In this document: piece by piece, positions 17,647 to 27,800 of the stretch
Position numbering within the stretch: position 1 is the first letter of the stretch
Layout of the letters: each line of letters starts with the position of its first letter
From: a virus
Lineage: Duplodnaviria > Caudoviricetes
DNA: 44,766 nucleotides
Virus record (IMG/VR): IMGVR_UViG_3300011435_000021
Location: 1-44,766 of that record
Direction: 5' to 3' (one strand)
The notes under the pieces: generated by a model
Told to the model about the DNA's origin: nothing
What the model saw: only the letters and a program-made list of their open reading frames with translations
Database searches by the model: none
Position numbers and translations under genes: made by a program

Positions 17647-18972
17647 ATGGCGACCCGCTACGTCCGCTCGACCGACGGCAGCGACGCCGACGACGGCTCG
17701 ACCTGGGCGCTCGCCAAGGCGACGCTCACCGGCGTGGCCGCGATTGACACCGCAGGCGACCGGATCTGGGTCTCCGACAATCACGCCGAGACCACGGCTG
17801 GCGCGATCACCATCGCGCTTGCGGGGACGCTGGCTGACCCCACACAGGTGCTTTGTGGCGATGATGCGGCGGAACCGCCGACCGCACTTTCCACCGCTGG
17901 GACAATCTCAACGACCGGCGCCAACTCCATCACGCTCCAAGGCAACGCCTACGTCTGCGGATTGACGTTCTCGGCTGGCAGCGCAGCCAGTAGTGCCGCC
18001 CTAGTTCTGAACAACGTCACTGCCAACATAATGAAGTTTGAGGATTGCGGCTTCGTTCTCAACAATACCAATGGTGGCTCAGCCATCACCCCCGGAGTTG
18101 CCTCATCTATCACGGAATTCATCAACTGCTCATTCAAGTTCGGGGCCGCCGCGCAGACTGTCGACAATCGCGGTCACATCAAGATCAAGGGCGGTCTGTG
18201 GGCGGCTGGCACCGCTGCCCAGACCATCATATTCGAACCTAGCGGTTCAGGCCCACTTCTGGAAGCTGATGGAATCGATTTTTCTAATTTGGGTTCAACC
18301 GTCGATCTTGTAACTGGTGGCGGCATTCCGGCCGGAACACTGCATTTCTTTCGCAACTGCAAGCTGCCAGCCAGTTGGTCAGGGGATTTGGTGTCGTCCG
18401 CCCTGACCAACCCGATCAGCCGGGTGGAAATGTGGAATTGCGACAGCGGCGACACCAACTACCGCATGTGGATCGAGACTTACACAGGCTCGATCAAAAG
18501 CGAAACCACGCTGGTCAAGACCGGCGGTGCGAGCGACGGGGACACGCCGTTGTCGTGGAAGATGGCATCCAACACGATTTCCGAATATCCATTGAATGTG
18601 CTGCGCTCGCCGGAGATTTTCTCCGAGCGCATCACGTCGGTCGGATCGGCCAAGACGATCACCGTCGATATCCTGCACGACAGCGTCACGGCGCTGAAGG
18701 ACGACGAGATCTGGCTCGAAGTCCAGTACCTCGGCACCAGCGGCTTCCCGCTTGGCTTGTTCGTCAATGACGCGAAGGCCGACGTGCTTGCGGCCGGCGC
18801 GAATCAGGCGGCGAGCGGCGCGACCTGGACGACGACCGGCATGGCGAATCCGAACAAGCAGAAGCTCGAAGTCACCTTCACGCCGCAGGAGAAGGGCGTC
18901 GCGATCGTCACGGTGTGCATGGCGAAGGCGAGCTACACGGTCTACGTTGACCGTGTGGCGCAGGTCAGCTAA
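17647..18972 (+). CDS. Putative fibre/spike protein with beta-helix-like core
   Basis: N-terminal YVRSTDGSDADDGSTWALAKATL..GDRIWV motif typical of pectin-lyase-like proteins; F.NC repeats; Thr/Ser/Gly-rich. Confidence 0.7.
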   Translation: MATRYVRSTDGSDADDGSTWALAKATLTGVAAIDTAGDRIWVSDNHAETTAGAITIALAGTLADPTQVLCGDDAAEPPTALSTAGTISTTGANSITLQGNAYVCGLTFSAGSAASSAALVLNNVTANIMKFEDCGFVLNNTNGGSAITPGVASSITEFINCSFKFGAAAQTVDNRGHIKIKGGLWAAGTAAQTIIFEPSGSGPLLEADGIDFSNLGSTVDLVTGGGIPAGTLHFFRNCKLPASWSGDLVSSALTNPISRVEMWNCDSGDTNYRMWIETYTGSIKSETTLVKTGGASDGDTPLSWKMASNTISEYPLNVLRSPEIFSERITSVGSAKTITVDILHDSVTALKDDEIWLEVQYLGTSGFPLGLFVNDAKADVLAAGANQAASGATWTTTGMANPNKQKLEVTFTPQEKGVAIVTVCMAKASYTVYVDRVAQVS

Positions 18973-19145
18973 TGAGCATCACCTATCAGATTCCAGGTGG
19001 GCCGACCGTCAACGTGCCGGAGGACGGCACAGAATACGACTTAGCTGGCTACGGCGTACTTAATCAAAGCGAGGAAATTCCAGAGCCTGAGCCGAGCGGC
19101 ACGGACGACTGGCCTCGCATAGCACGCAGACGGAGGAGTAGATAA
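18972..19145 (+). CDS. Small protein (57 aa) ending WPRIARRRRSR; not in supplied ORF track
   Basis: TAATG coupling upstream, TAAATG downstream; fills the gap exactly. Confidence 0.7.
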   Translation: MSITYQIPGGPTVNVPEDGTEYDLAGYGVLNQSEEIPEPEPSGTDDWPRIARRRRSR

Positions 19146-19754
19146 ATGGCTTCCAAGACCGCAATCGTAAACATGGCGCTCACGCGCATCGGCGTGTCGA
19201 AGCTGCTCGCTAACGTCGACACGGAGACGAGCATCGCCGCGATCACGGCGCGCACAAACTACGAGAACGACATCGACTACGTGCTGCGCGACTTTCCGTG
19301 GCCGTGGGCGACGGCTTACGCGACGCTCGCGCTCGTGGCCGGCTCCGTCAGCGAGAACGCTGTGACCGACTGGCGCTATGCGTATCGGTATCCGACCGAC
19401 TGCCTGTACGCTAGGCGCATCGTGATCTATACGGGTCGCAACGAGCCGAACCCTCCGCCGTTCAGGATCGGGCGCGACAGCGGCGGCAAGCTGATCTATA
19501 CGAACGAAGCCGAGGCCGAGCTTGAATACACCGTCAGGGTGACGGACACGAACGAGTTTGATCCGATGTTCGTGTCGATGCTGGCGTGGAAGATCGCCGC
19601 TGGCCTGGCTCCGTCGCAGTCGCGCATCGAGGGAATCATCGAGGCGTGCCTCGCTGCCTACGAGGTCGAGAAAACGAAGGCCATGAGCCGCGCGCTGAAC
19701 GAGAGCCAACAGGACGCGCCGATCGAAGCTGAAGCCATCCGAGTGAGAGACTAG
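19146..19754 (+). CDS. Tail tubular protein A (adaptor, T7 gp11-like)
   Basis: IVNMALTRIG, PWPWA, WRYAYRYPTDC, FDPMF..LA motifs. Confidence 0.88.
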   Translation: MASKTAIVNMALTRIGVSKLLANVDTETSIAAITARTNYENDIDYVLRDFPWPWATAYATLALVAGSVSENAVTDWRYAYRYPTDCLYARRIVIYTGRNEPNPPPFRIGRDSGGKLIYTNEAEAELEYTVRVTDTNEFDPMFVSMLAWKIAAGLAPSQSRIEGIIEACLAAYEVEKTKAMSRALNESQQDAPIEAEAIRVRD

Positions 19755-19756
19755 CC

Positions 19757-22531
19757 GTGCCGTCGCCTGTCATTCAGAGATCGTTCGCTGGCGGAGAGAT
19801 CGCGCCGTCGATGTACGGTCGCGCCGATCAGACGAAGTATCAGACCGGCCTAAAGACATGCAGGAACTTCCGCGTGCTCAAGCACGGCGGAGTCGCGAAC
19901 CGCAGCGGCTACCAGTACATCAACGAGGTCAAGGATTCGAGCGCAGAGACCTACCTGATGAAGTGGGTCTTTAACGCCGAGCAGACATACGTGATCGAGG
20001 TTGGCAATCTCTACATGCGGTTCTTCCGCAACGGCGCACGGATCACGGTCTCAGGCGTCGCCGCTTACGTCGGCGCGACGCCATACGTTGTCGGCGACCT
20101 GGTCGAGAGTGGCGGCGTGAACTACTACTGCGTCGCGGATACGACCGGCAACGCGCCGCCGAACGCGACGTATTGGTATGCGCTGGACGGATCGATCTTC
20201 GAGATTCCGACGCCGTACCTGACCGCTGACCTGGCGAAGATCACAGCGAACAAGGTGCAGTCGGGCGATGTTGTGACGATCGTGCATCCTGACTACCCGA
20301 CGCGCGAGCTTACGCGCACAGGACACACGACCTGGACGCTGACGCTCAAGGCGTTCGCGCCGAGCGTTGCCGGCCCCACGAACTGCGCCGGGACCGCTGG
20401 CGGCGCTGGCGCGCTCGTGTATCGCTATCGGGTCACGACCGTAAAAGAGGAGACGTTCGAGGAGTCGCTGCCTGGCCTCGGCGCGACGCAGGTGATCTCG
20501 AACATCACGCAGGCGAACCCTGCCGTCCTGACTTACGTCGGCGCTGACAACTTCGAGAACGGCGACGAGATATACATCGACGGCGTCGCCGGGATGACCG
20601 AGGTCAATGGCGAGACGTTCAAGGTCGCGAACGTGAACACTGGCGCAAACACGTTCGAGCTTCAGACCCTGTCGAGCGAGAACGTGAACTCGACCGGCTA
20701 CACCGCATACGGAAGCGTCGGCACGATCGCCGCAAAGCAGATCAGGATCAGCGCCGCCGCAGCGCCCACTGCTGCCGCGCCGCACGTCCTGACGTGGACG
20801 CACGCCGACGAGTGGGGCGAGTACGACATCTACCGAGAGACCTCGCCAGGCAGCGGCACGTATGCGTTCATGGCCGTGGCGAACGGATCGACCTACTCGG
20901 ACACTGGCGGCACGACGCCGGACACAGCGGTCACTCCGCCGATGTCGCGCAATCCGTTCAACGAGGTCGACAGCTATCCGAGCGTTGCCTCGTACTATCA
21001 GCAGCGACTCGTACTCGCGAACGTGAACGCGAACATCGAGAAGGTCTGGACATCGAGGACCGGGCAGTTCGACAACTTCACGGTCTCCTCGCCGCTGCAG
21101 GATGACGACGCCGTCACGTTCTCGATCGCCGGCAAGCAGGTCAACGCGATCCGCGCGATGGTAGAGATCGGCGACTTCGTGATCCTGACATCTGGCGGGG
21201 AATGGGTCGTGCTCGGAGATGCCGATGGAGTGCTGCGCGCGAATCAGCCGCCGAACCTCAAGCAGATCGGCGAGTACGGCTCCGCTGAAGTGGCTCCTGT
21301 GATCATCGGGAACTCGCTGCTGCATGTCCAGGCGCGCGGCACAATCATCAGAGACCTGCGGAACGAAGTGCAGGCGGGAGGGCAAAGCTCGTACAACGGT
21401 CGCGATCTCACTGTGTTCGCCGGCCATCTGTTCAAAAAGAAAACGATCGACCGATTCGACTTCGCGCAGATTCCGGACTCGGTCGCCTGGGCGAAGCGAT
21501 CGGATGGAGTCCTGCTCGGCCTGACGTATCTGCGCGATCACGAGGTATGGGGCTGGCACTGGCACGATACCGAAGGCAAGTTCGAGGACGTGTGCGTCGT
21601 GCCGGAGGGTGACGAGGACGTGAACTACGTGATCGTGCGCCGGTACGTCGACGGCAGCTATCGCCGCTACATCGAGCGCGGTCACGAGACCGGATTCACT
21701 GACATCGCGGTCGACGCGATCTTCATGGACTCGTACCTGAGCTATGACGGCAGGAACACAGGCGCGACCGAGCTTACGCTGTCGGCTGCTGCAGATTGGA
21801 CCGTAGATGACGAGATCACGATCACGGCCACGGCTGGAACGCCGTTCGTTGCCGGCGATGTCGGCAACTGGTTCGTGCTGAACCTTGTCGACGACGACCC
21901 TGACAGCGAGACGTTCGAGGAGATCATCTCGACGGTCACGATCGACGTGACGGCGTTCGACAGCACGACAGTCGTGCGCGGCACGCCGAGCGCCACTGTG
22001 CCGGATGGACTTCAGGGAGTGGCGACAACGAACTGGTCGCGCGCCGTCGACGAGATCGCCGGAGCCGATCATCTGGAAGGGAAGGATGTAGCCTGCTTCG
22101 CCGACGGTCATGTCGTGGCAAGTCCGAACAACGACAGATATACGGTGCTGACGGTCGCCGGAGGCATAGCGACGCTGTCACGACCGTACTCAGTGATTCA
22201 CGTAGGACTTCCGTACCTGGCGGACTTCAGGACGCTAGACCTCGACGTTCAGGGAGAGCAGATCAGATCGAAAGCGAAGAACGTCACGCACATCTCTCTG
22301 CTGGTCGAGGAGACGCGCGGAATCTTCGCCGGCCCTGACTTCGACGACCTGCAGGAATTCCAGCCGACGCCGGTCGCGACGTATAGCGAACCGTGGCCGC
22401 TTGAGAATGGCCTGGTCGAGATGAACATCGCCTCGACATGGGAGGGAACGGGCAGCTTCTGCGTTCGGCAAAAAGACCCGTTGCCGATTACAATCCTTTC
22501 AGCAATACCGTCAACGGCGATCGGGGGGTAA
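19757..22531 (+). CDS. Tail tubular protein B (nozzle, T7 gp12-like) with inserted domains
   Basis: QRSFAGGEIAP, GGVANRSG, YPS..YYQQRL, WHWHDT, IHVGLPY, QKDPLPITIL motifs. Confidence 0.9.
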   Translation: MPSPVIQRSFAGGEIAPSMYGRADQTKYQTGLKTCRNFRVLKHGGVANRSGYQYINEVKDSSAETYLMKWVFNAEQTYVIEVGNLYMRFFRNGARITVSGVAAYVGATPYVVGDLVESGGVNYYCVADTTGNAPPNATYWYALDGSIFEIPTPYLTADLAKITANKVQSGDVVTIVHPDYPTRELTRTGHTTWTLTLKAFAPSVAGPTNCAGTAGGAGALVYRYRVTTVKEETFEESLPGLGATQVISNITQANPAVLTYVGADNFENGDEIYIDGVAGMTEVNGETFKVANVNTGANTFELQTLSSENVNSTGYTAYGSVGTIAAKQIRISAAAAPTAAAPHVLTWTHADEWGEYDIYRETSPGSGTYAFMAVANGSTYSDTGGTTPDTAVTPPMSRNPFNEVDSYPSVASYYQQRLVLANVNANIEKVWTSRTGQFDNFTVSSPLQDDDAVTFSIAGKQVNAIRAMVEIGDFVILTSGGEWVVLGDADGVLRANQPPNLKQIGEYGSAEVAPVIIGNSLLHVQARGTIIRDLRNEVQAGGQSSYNGRDLTVFAGHLFKKKTIDRFDFAQIPDSVAWAKRSDGVLLGLTYLRDHEVWGWHWHDTEGKFEDVCVVPEGDEDVNYVIVRRYVDGSYRRYIERGHETGFTDIAVDAIFMDSYLSYDGRNTGATELTLSAAADWTVDDEITITATAGTPFVAGDVGNWFVLNLVDDDPDSETFEEIISTVTIDVTAFDSTTVVRGTPSATVPDGLQGVATTNWSRAVDEIAGADHLEGKDVACFADGHVVASPNNDRYTVLTVAGGIATLSRPYSVIHVGLPYLADFRTLDLDVQGEQIRSKAKNVTHISLLVEETRGIFAGPDFDDLQEFQPTPVATYSEPWPLENGLVEMNIASTWEGTGSFCVRQKDPLPITILSAIPSTAIGG

Positions 22532-22532
22532 C

Positions 22533-23036
22533 GTGGGAACTGCTGCTGGTGGATGGGCCGGAATGGGGCTGTCTATAGCCGGCTCCCTGATGGGCGCGAA
22601 CGCATCAAAAAAATCTGGCAAGGCGCAAAGGGAAGTCGCCGAGTACAACGCCGAGCTTCAGGAGATCAAGGCCGACGACGCGATCGTGCGCGGCGGAGAG
22701 GCCGAGCACAGGCTGCGCGTCAGTGCTCGCGGGATGATCGGCGCATCGCGCGCCGCGTTCGCCGCCAGCGGCGTCGAGGTCAACGACATCGACTCGACCG
22801 CGACGAACGTACAGGCTGACATTAAATCTCTGTCCGAGGTCGACGCGCTGACGATCAGATCGAACGCGGCGCGCGAGGCGTGGGGATACCGCACCGCTGC
22901 CACTGAGCTACGCAAGCGCGGCGAGATCGCCGAGGAGGAAGGTAAGCAGAAAGCGATCGGCACGCTGACCTCGACTGCCGGAAGCCTGCTGTATCAGAAG
23001 TACGGGTTCGGCTCGACCGGGAGGTTGAAAACCTAA
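22533..23036 (+). CDS. Internal virion (ejection) protein, gp14-like
   Basis: Gly/Ala-rich N-terminus; RAAFAASGV, DALTIRSNAAREAWGY motifs. Confidence 0.8.
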   Translation: MGTAAGGWAGMGLSIAGSLMGANASKKSGKAQREVAEYNAELQEIKADDAIVRGGEAEHRLRVSARGMIGASRAAFAASGVEVNDIDSTATNVQADIKSLSEVDALTIRSNAAREAWGYRTAATELRKRGEIAEEEGKQKAIGTLTSTAGSLLYQKYGFGSTGRLKT

Positions 23037-24802
23037 TGCCTACCGTCAAAAACTACGGCGTACCGCGCGTCGAGAACGAAGGGCTGCGCGGCGGCGAGCG
23101 CACAGCGTTCAAGACCGAGGAAGCCTACGGCGCTGCGACCGGCAAGGCGATGCAGGTATTCGGCCTCAAGCTGCACGAGGACGAGGTTCTGCGGCAAGAC
23201 CAGGTCGCGCTGATGGAAGCGGATCGCAAGCTCGGCGAGTGGGAGAACAACGCTCTTTATCATCCTCAGACCGGCGCTCTCAGCAGGCGCGGCAAGGATG
23301 CGTTCTCCGCGCCCGACGAGGTCAGCAAGAGCATGAAGGCGGCGTCGGAGGGAATTCGAGGCGAACTCAGCAACGATCGCCAGCGCGCAGCGTTCGACCG
23401 CGCCTACATCGCCAGGCAGGGCGACATCAACAAGACGATGTCGCGCCACGTTTTCACTGAGGCTCGCAAGTATGAGGAAGTCGAGACCGAGGCATATGTC
23501 AAAAACGCGCAGCAGTCGGCGATCCTGAACTATCAAGACCCGGAGCGCGTAGGCTTGGAGATCGAGAAGGCGCGCGGCGCTGTGATCGGGTTCGCTCGTC
23601 GCAACGGCCTGGGCGGATCGGAGTACGAGAAGCAGAAGCTGCGCCAGGTCGAGTCCGACGTTCACGTCAACATCATCGAAAGGTATCTGTCGAACGGTCA
23701 AGACCAGTCAGCGCGCCGCTACTTCGAGCAGGCGAAGAAAGACGACCGCATCGCTGGCGACGACATCAAGGGAGTCGAGGCGAAGATCAAGACAGCCGTC
23801 GTCGAGGGCGAAGGGCTGCGCGGATCGGACGACATCTGGCAGCGGCTCGGACCGAAGAACGATGCCGATCCGGTCAACATCGACCAGATGGTGAAGGAAG
23901 CCGAGTCCAAGCACGCAAACAATCCGAGCGTCCTGAAGGCCGTGAAGGATCAGATCAAGGAAAAGGCCGCGCTGCACAATGCGTCGCAGCGCGAGCGCCA
24001 GGAAGCCGCCGCAGACGACGTGTGGAAGGCGATCGAGGGCGGAGCGAGCTTCACGTCCGTCAGGTCAAGACCGGCCTTCAGGATGCTGCCTGGCCGTCAG
24101 CAGAACGAGATCAAGACGTGGATGATCGATCGCGCGGATACGATGAAGAAACGCGCCGAGGGCGATGGCGACGACACGCTGTACTACAACCTAATGACCG
24201 AGGCGTCGACGGCTGCGCTGCAGGACAAGTTCCTGACGACTAACCTGCAGGAGTCGCGCGGCAAACTGTCGAAGCAGCAGTTCAATCATCTCGTCGATAT
24301 TCAGGCGAATCTCCGTAAGGGCGACACGAAGAACGCCGATAAGCTCATGGCGAGTGAGCGCGTGCAGAAGTCGATCGTCGACGAGGCGCTGCTGTCGATG
24401 AAGCTCGACCCGACGCCGAACGAAAAGACGAGCAAGGACAAGGTCGACCAGATCAACGGGTTCCGCCGCTCGGTCCGTGAAGCTGTCAGCGCGCAGGAGG
24501 CGCGCACAGGAAAGAACGCGACGGACAAGGATGTCCAGTCGATCGTCGACGGTCTGATTATCAAAGGCGTCACGGAGAAAGGCGTCCTGTGGGACACGAC
24601 GAAACGGGTCTATGAACTGAAGCCTGGCGAGAACATCACGATCAAGGTGACGGACGTGCCGCGCGAGGAAAGGGCGAAGATCGAGGACACGCTGCGCCGG
24701 AACAAAAAGCCGGTCACTGACGAGACCGTCACGGAACTGTACCGCGCCAAACTGATAAGGCTGCGCGGGTCCGACGCTCCGGATCGAGGCCGCATCAAGT
24801 GA
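23036..24802 (+). CDS. Internal virion (ejection) protein, gp15-like
   Basis: 588 aa helical protein between gp14-like and giant genes; TAATG coupling. Confidence 0.75.
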   Translation: MPTVKNYGVPRVENEGLRGGERTAFKTEEAYGAATGKAMQVFGLKLHEDEVLRQDQVALMEADRKLGEWENNALYHPQTGALSRRGKDAFSAPDEVSKSMKAASEGIRGELSNDRQRAAFDRAYIARQGDINKTMSRHVFTEARKYEEVETEAYVKNAQQSAILNYQDPERVGLEIEKARGAVIGFARRNGLGGSEYEKQKLRQVESDVHVNIIERYLSNGQDQSARRYFEQAKKDDRIAGDDIKGVEAKIKTAVVEGEGLRGSDDIWQRLGPKNDADPVNIDQMVKEAESKHANNPSVLKAVKDQIKEKAALHNASQRERQEAAADDVWKAIEGGASFTSVRSRPAFRMLPGRQQNEIKTWMIDRADTMKKRAEGDGDDTLYYNLMTEASTAALQDKFLTTNLQESRGKLSKQQFNHLVDIQANLRKGDTKNADKLMASERVQKSIVDEALLSMKLDPTPNEKTSKDKVDQINGFRRSVREAVSAQEARTGKNATDKDVQSIVDGLIIKGVTEKGVLWDTTKRVYELKPGENITIKVTDVPREERAKIEDTLRRNKKPVTDETVTELYRAKLIRLRGSDAPDRGRIK

Positions 24803-27800
24803 ACGAATACGATGAACTGCTGACCGGCGCGTCGAAGCCGAAAAACGAATACGACGCCATCGTTCAGGATCAGGCAGGCAACCAGAACACTGTGCTGCGC
24901 GGATCGATGCGCGCCGCGTCGTCGATGGATCCGGATCAGGCGGCGAAGGTCGTCAAGCTCTCCGAGCGCCTGAAGCTGCCGACCAGCGTCGTCGAGAGGA
25001 ACTTCGATTCGCTGTCGAAAAAATACGACCTCAGTGACAGCGAGTACGAGTCGCTGATCCGCGAGAACCCGAAGCTGTCGTCATGGTTGACCGATTCAGC
25101 GAACGCCGCCGTCGCGCGGGACGACCTGCCGATCATGAAGCGGATCGAGAATACGTTTGCGTCGTTCGGGCGTGGATGGTCGAAGGCGTCGACGCAGGGC
25201 GAGCTTGCCGACCTGCTGTTCAAGGAAGTCGACTCCGGCATCGGGCCTGTCGAGCGCGCCAGGCGCGACAAGCTGAAGGGCGACATCAAGTACATGTCGG
25301 AGCAGGACGCCGGCAACGGCGTGCCTGAGTACATCGCCAGCGTGACCGGGTACTCCGCGCGCCAGATGGGAACGTCCCTGATGGTCGCCGGTCAGGGCGC
25401 AGGCACAGGCGGCGCTGTGGGCGCTTTAGCCGGCGCTCCGATCGGAGGAGTGGGGGCAGCGCCAGGCTTCGTCGCCGGAGCCACGGCAGGCGCGCTGACG
25501 GCCTCGGCGAACTACTCCTATCGCATGGAGACCGGGTTCGCGTTCGATCAGTTCCGCGACATGCGCGACGTGAACGATAACCCGATCCCGCTGGACGTGG
25601 CGAAGAACGCGGCTCGCGCGGTCGGCGTCGTGAACGCCGTGATCGAGTCAGGCAGCGACGTGCTGCTCGCGTCGCTCGTGCCTGGCTTCTCGAAGCTGAC
25701 TGCCGGCCTGGGCGGAGAGGCGGCGAAGCGCGCCGTCCAGCAGGCCGCGATGGACGCGCTGAAGGTTCCGACCAGGCGCGCGGCGCTGATGTCGGCGATC
25801 GGGAAGATGGGCGGCGCAGGATCGATCGAGGGACTTGAGGAGTTCGTTCAGAACCTCGTGACGGCAGGCGGACGCGAAGTGGCGCAGGGCGCGAGCGGGC
25901 AGACGTTCAAGCCGGACGACATCACGGACGACATCAGGAAGGCGTCCGGCGAGGCGCTTGACGCTGCTGTCGGTACGTTCTTCACCTTCGCGCCGGTCGG
26001 CGGCGCTCGCTTCTATCAGCTTCACCGCCAGGCGCAGAAGGCGCAGGAGCAGGAGCAGTTCTTCCTCGCGCTAGGGCGCGGCGTGCAGGAGAGCAAGACC
26101 TTCGAGCGCCTGCCGGAGAAGATGCAGGACTTCATCAACACGACCACGAAGGACGGTCCGGTCGATAAGGTGTACGTTCCGGTCGAGCAATGGTCGACGT
26201 ACTGGCAGAATAAGGGCGTCGATCCTGCTCGCGCCGCCGAATCTGTCGGCGTGACGACGATGTACGAGAGCGCGGTTCAGTCCGGCGCGGACATCATGAT
26301 CCCGATGTCGACGTTCGCGACGAAGATCGCGCCGACCGAGCACGGCGCGTTCTTCGCGTCCGAGGCCAGGCTCGCGCCGGACGAGATGAACGCGCGCGAG
26401 GCGAAGGAACTCGAAGCCACGCTCGCGAAGGAACAGCAGAAGGCGGACGCCGAGACGAAGGCCGCGCAGCAGGCGAAGGTTCAGGCGCAAGACACCGACG
26501 CGGTCATGACCAAACTGAAGGACGACATCAAGGCGAAGCTGATCGCCGCTGGCGTCGAGCAGCGGACCGCCGAGGACTACGCCGCCGCTCAGGAGGCCAG
26601 GTTCCGCCAATTCGCCGATCGCGCCGGGATCAGCAGCGAGGCGCTGTTCGAGCGGTTCGTGAAGGGCGACAAGCTGCAGGTTGGCTCCGGAGAGACGCAT
26701 GGCGAGGGCGCGCAGATGATGTCGCAGCGCGCTCGCTTGACCGCCGTGCCGAGCGCAGGATCGCGAGACGACGGCCAGCTTCAGAACCTTGAACTGCGCA
26801 ACGCTCAGGGTCGCGTCGGCGAGGCGCAGATTCACCGGACGACATACGGCGACACTCCTGCATGGTCGATCGCCTTCATGGGACTCGACAAGGAGCATCA
26901 GATGCGCGGCCTCGGACTGCATGCGGTCGACGCCGTGATCGAGCAGATCAGGACCGTAGACCCGCAGGCGACGCACGTGACCGCCGAGGTCATGTCGCAG
27001 AACATCGCCAGGCTGATGATTCATCGTCTCGGACAGCCGGAGATGGTCAGCGACGACATACGCGAATACACCGTCGATGAGGCGCTTGAGAAGCTGCCGA
27101 AGCTGACGCCGGTCGAGAAGGATGGCATCTCTCCTGCCGCTGGCAATCGCATCTTCATGGCCTGGCCGATGCCTGAGCAGCTTGATCAGTCGGCGATAGA
27201 GGAGACAATCAACGTAGACGGTCAAGACCGTCCGACGACGAACTCTAAAGGCCAGCCGATCGCGCAGACCGCCGAGGCGCTGCAGAATTTCTGGCGCTGG
27301 TTCGGCGACAGCAAGGTCGTCGACGCGCAGGGCAGGCCGCTGGTCGTGTATCACGGATCGCCGAAGGCTGGATTCAATGAGTTCCAGCCGAACAAAAAAA
27401 GCAAAGTCGAAGGCTCGTATTTTTTCACGAGCAAACTTCCCGTTGCCGCGACTTACTCAGGAACGCAGAAGGAAGCGATTATCGACGAAGTGTTCGGAGA
27501 GGAGACCGGGCCTGGCGTCTATAGCGCGTATCTGAAGATCGACAAGCCGCACGAGTTCTACTTCGACGGAGCGAATTGGGACGGACAAAAAGACCCGCAC
27601 TTTGACCTGATCAACGAGGACGGAGACGCTTTCGATTCTGTCTACACGATCGCGGAGGCGCAGGACGCCGTAGACAGCGGGAAGGCGGAAAGCTATGAAG
27701 CTGTCGATACTCTGTTCACGTCAACGGATGCAGAGGTTCGCGCCGCGATCCGAATGGGCGACGACGGAGCGGTTCTACGAGATGTCGTCGACGAAGGCGA

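Noticed and set aside
20490-20720. Possible ubiquitin-like system suggested by the E1 FCCH-like segment
   Set aside because: No E1 adenylation domain, E2, JAB or Ubl genes; this barrel is a structural insert in a tail protein.
20051-22111. 686-aa antisense ORF opposite tail tube B (likewise 11336-12937, 26071-27354, 37928-38650, 39439-40338)
   Set aside because: Antisense shadows expected from strong GC3 bias; Arg/Val/Asp-rich composition, no motifs, no convincing start context.
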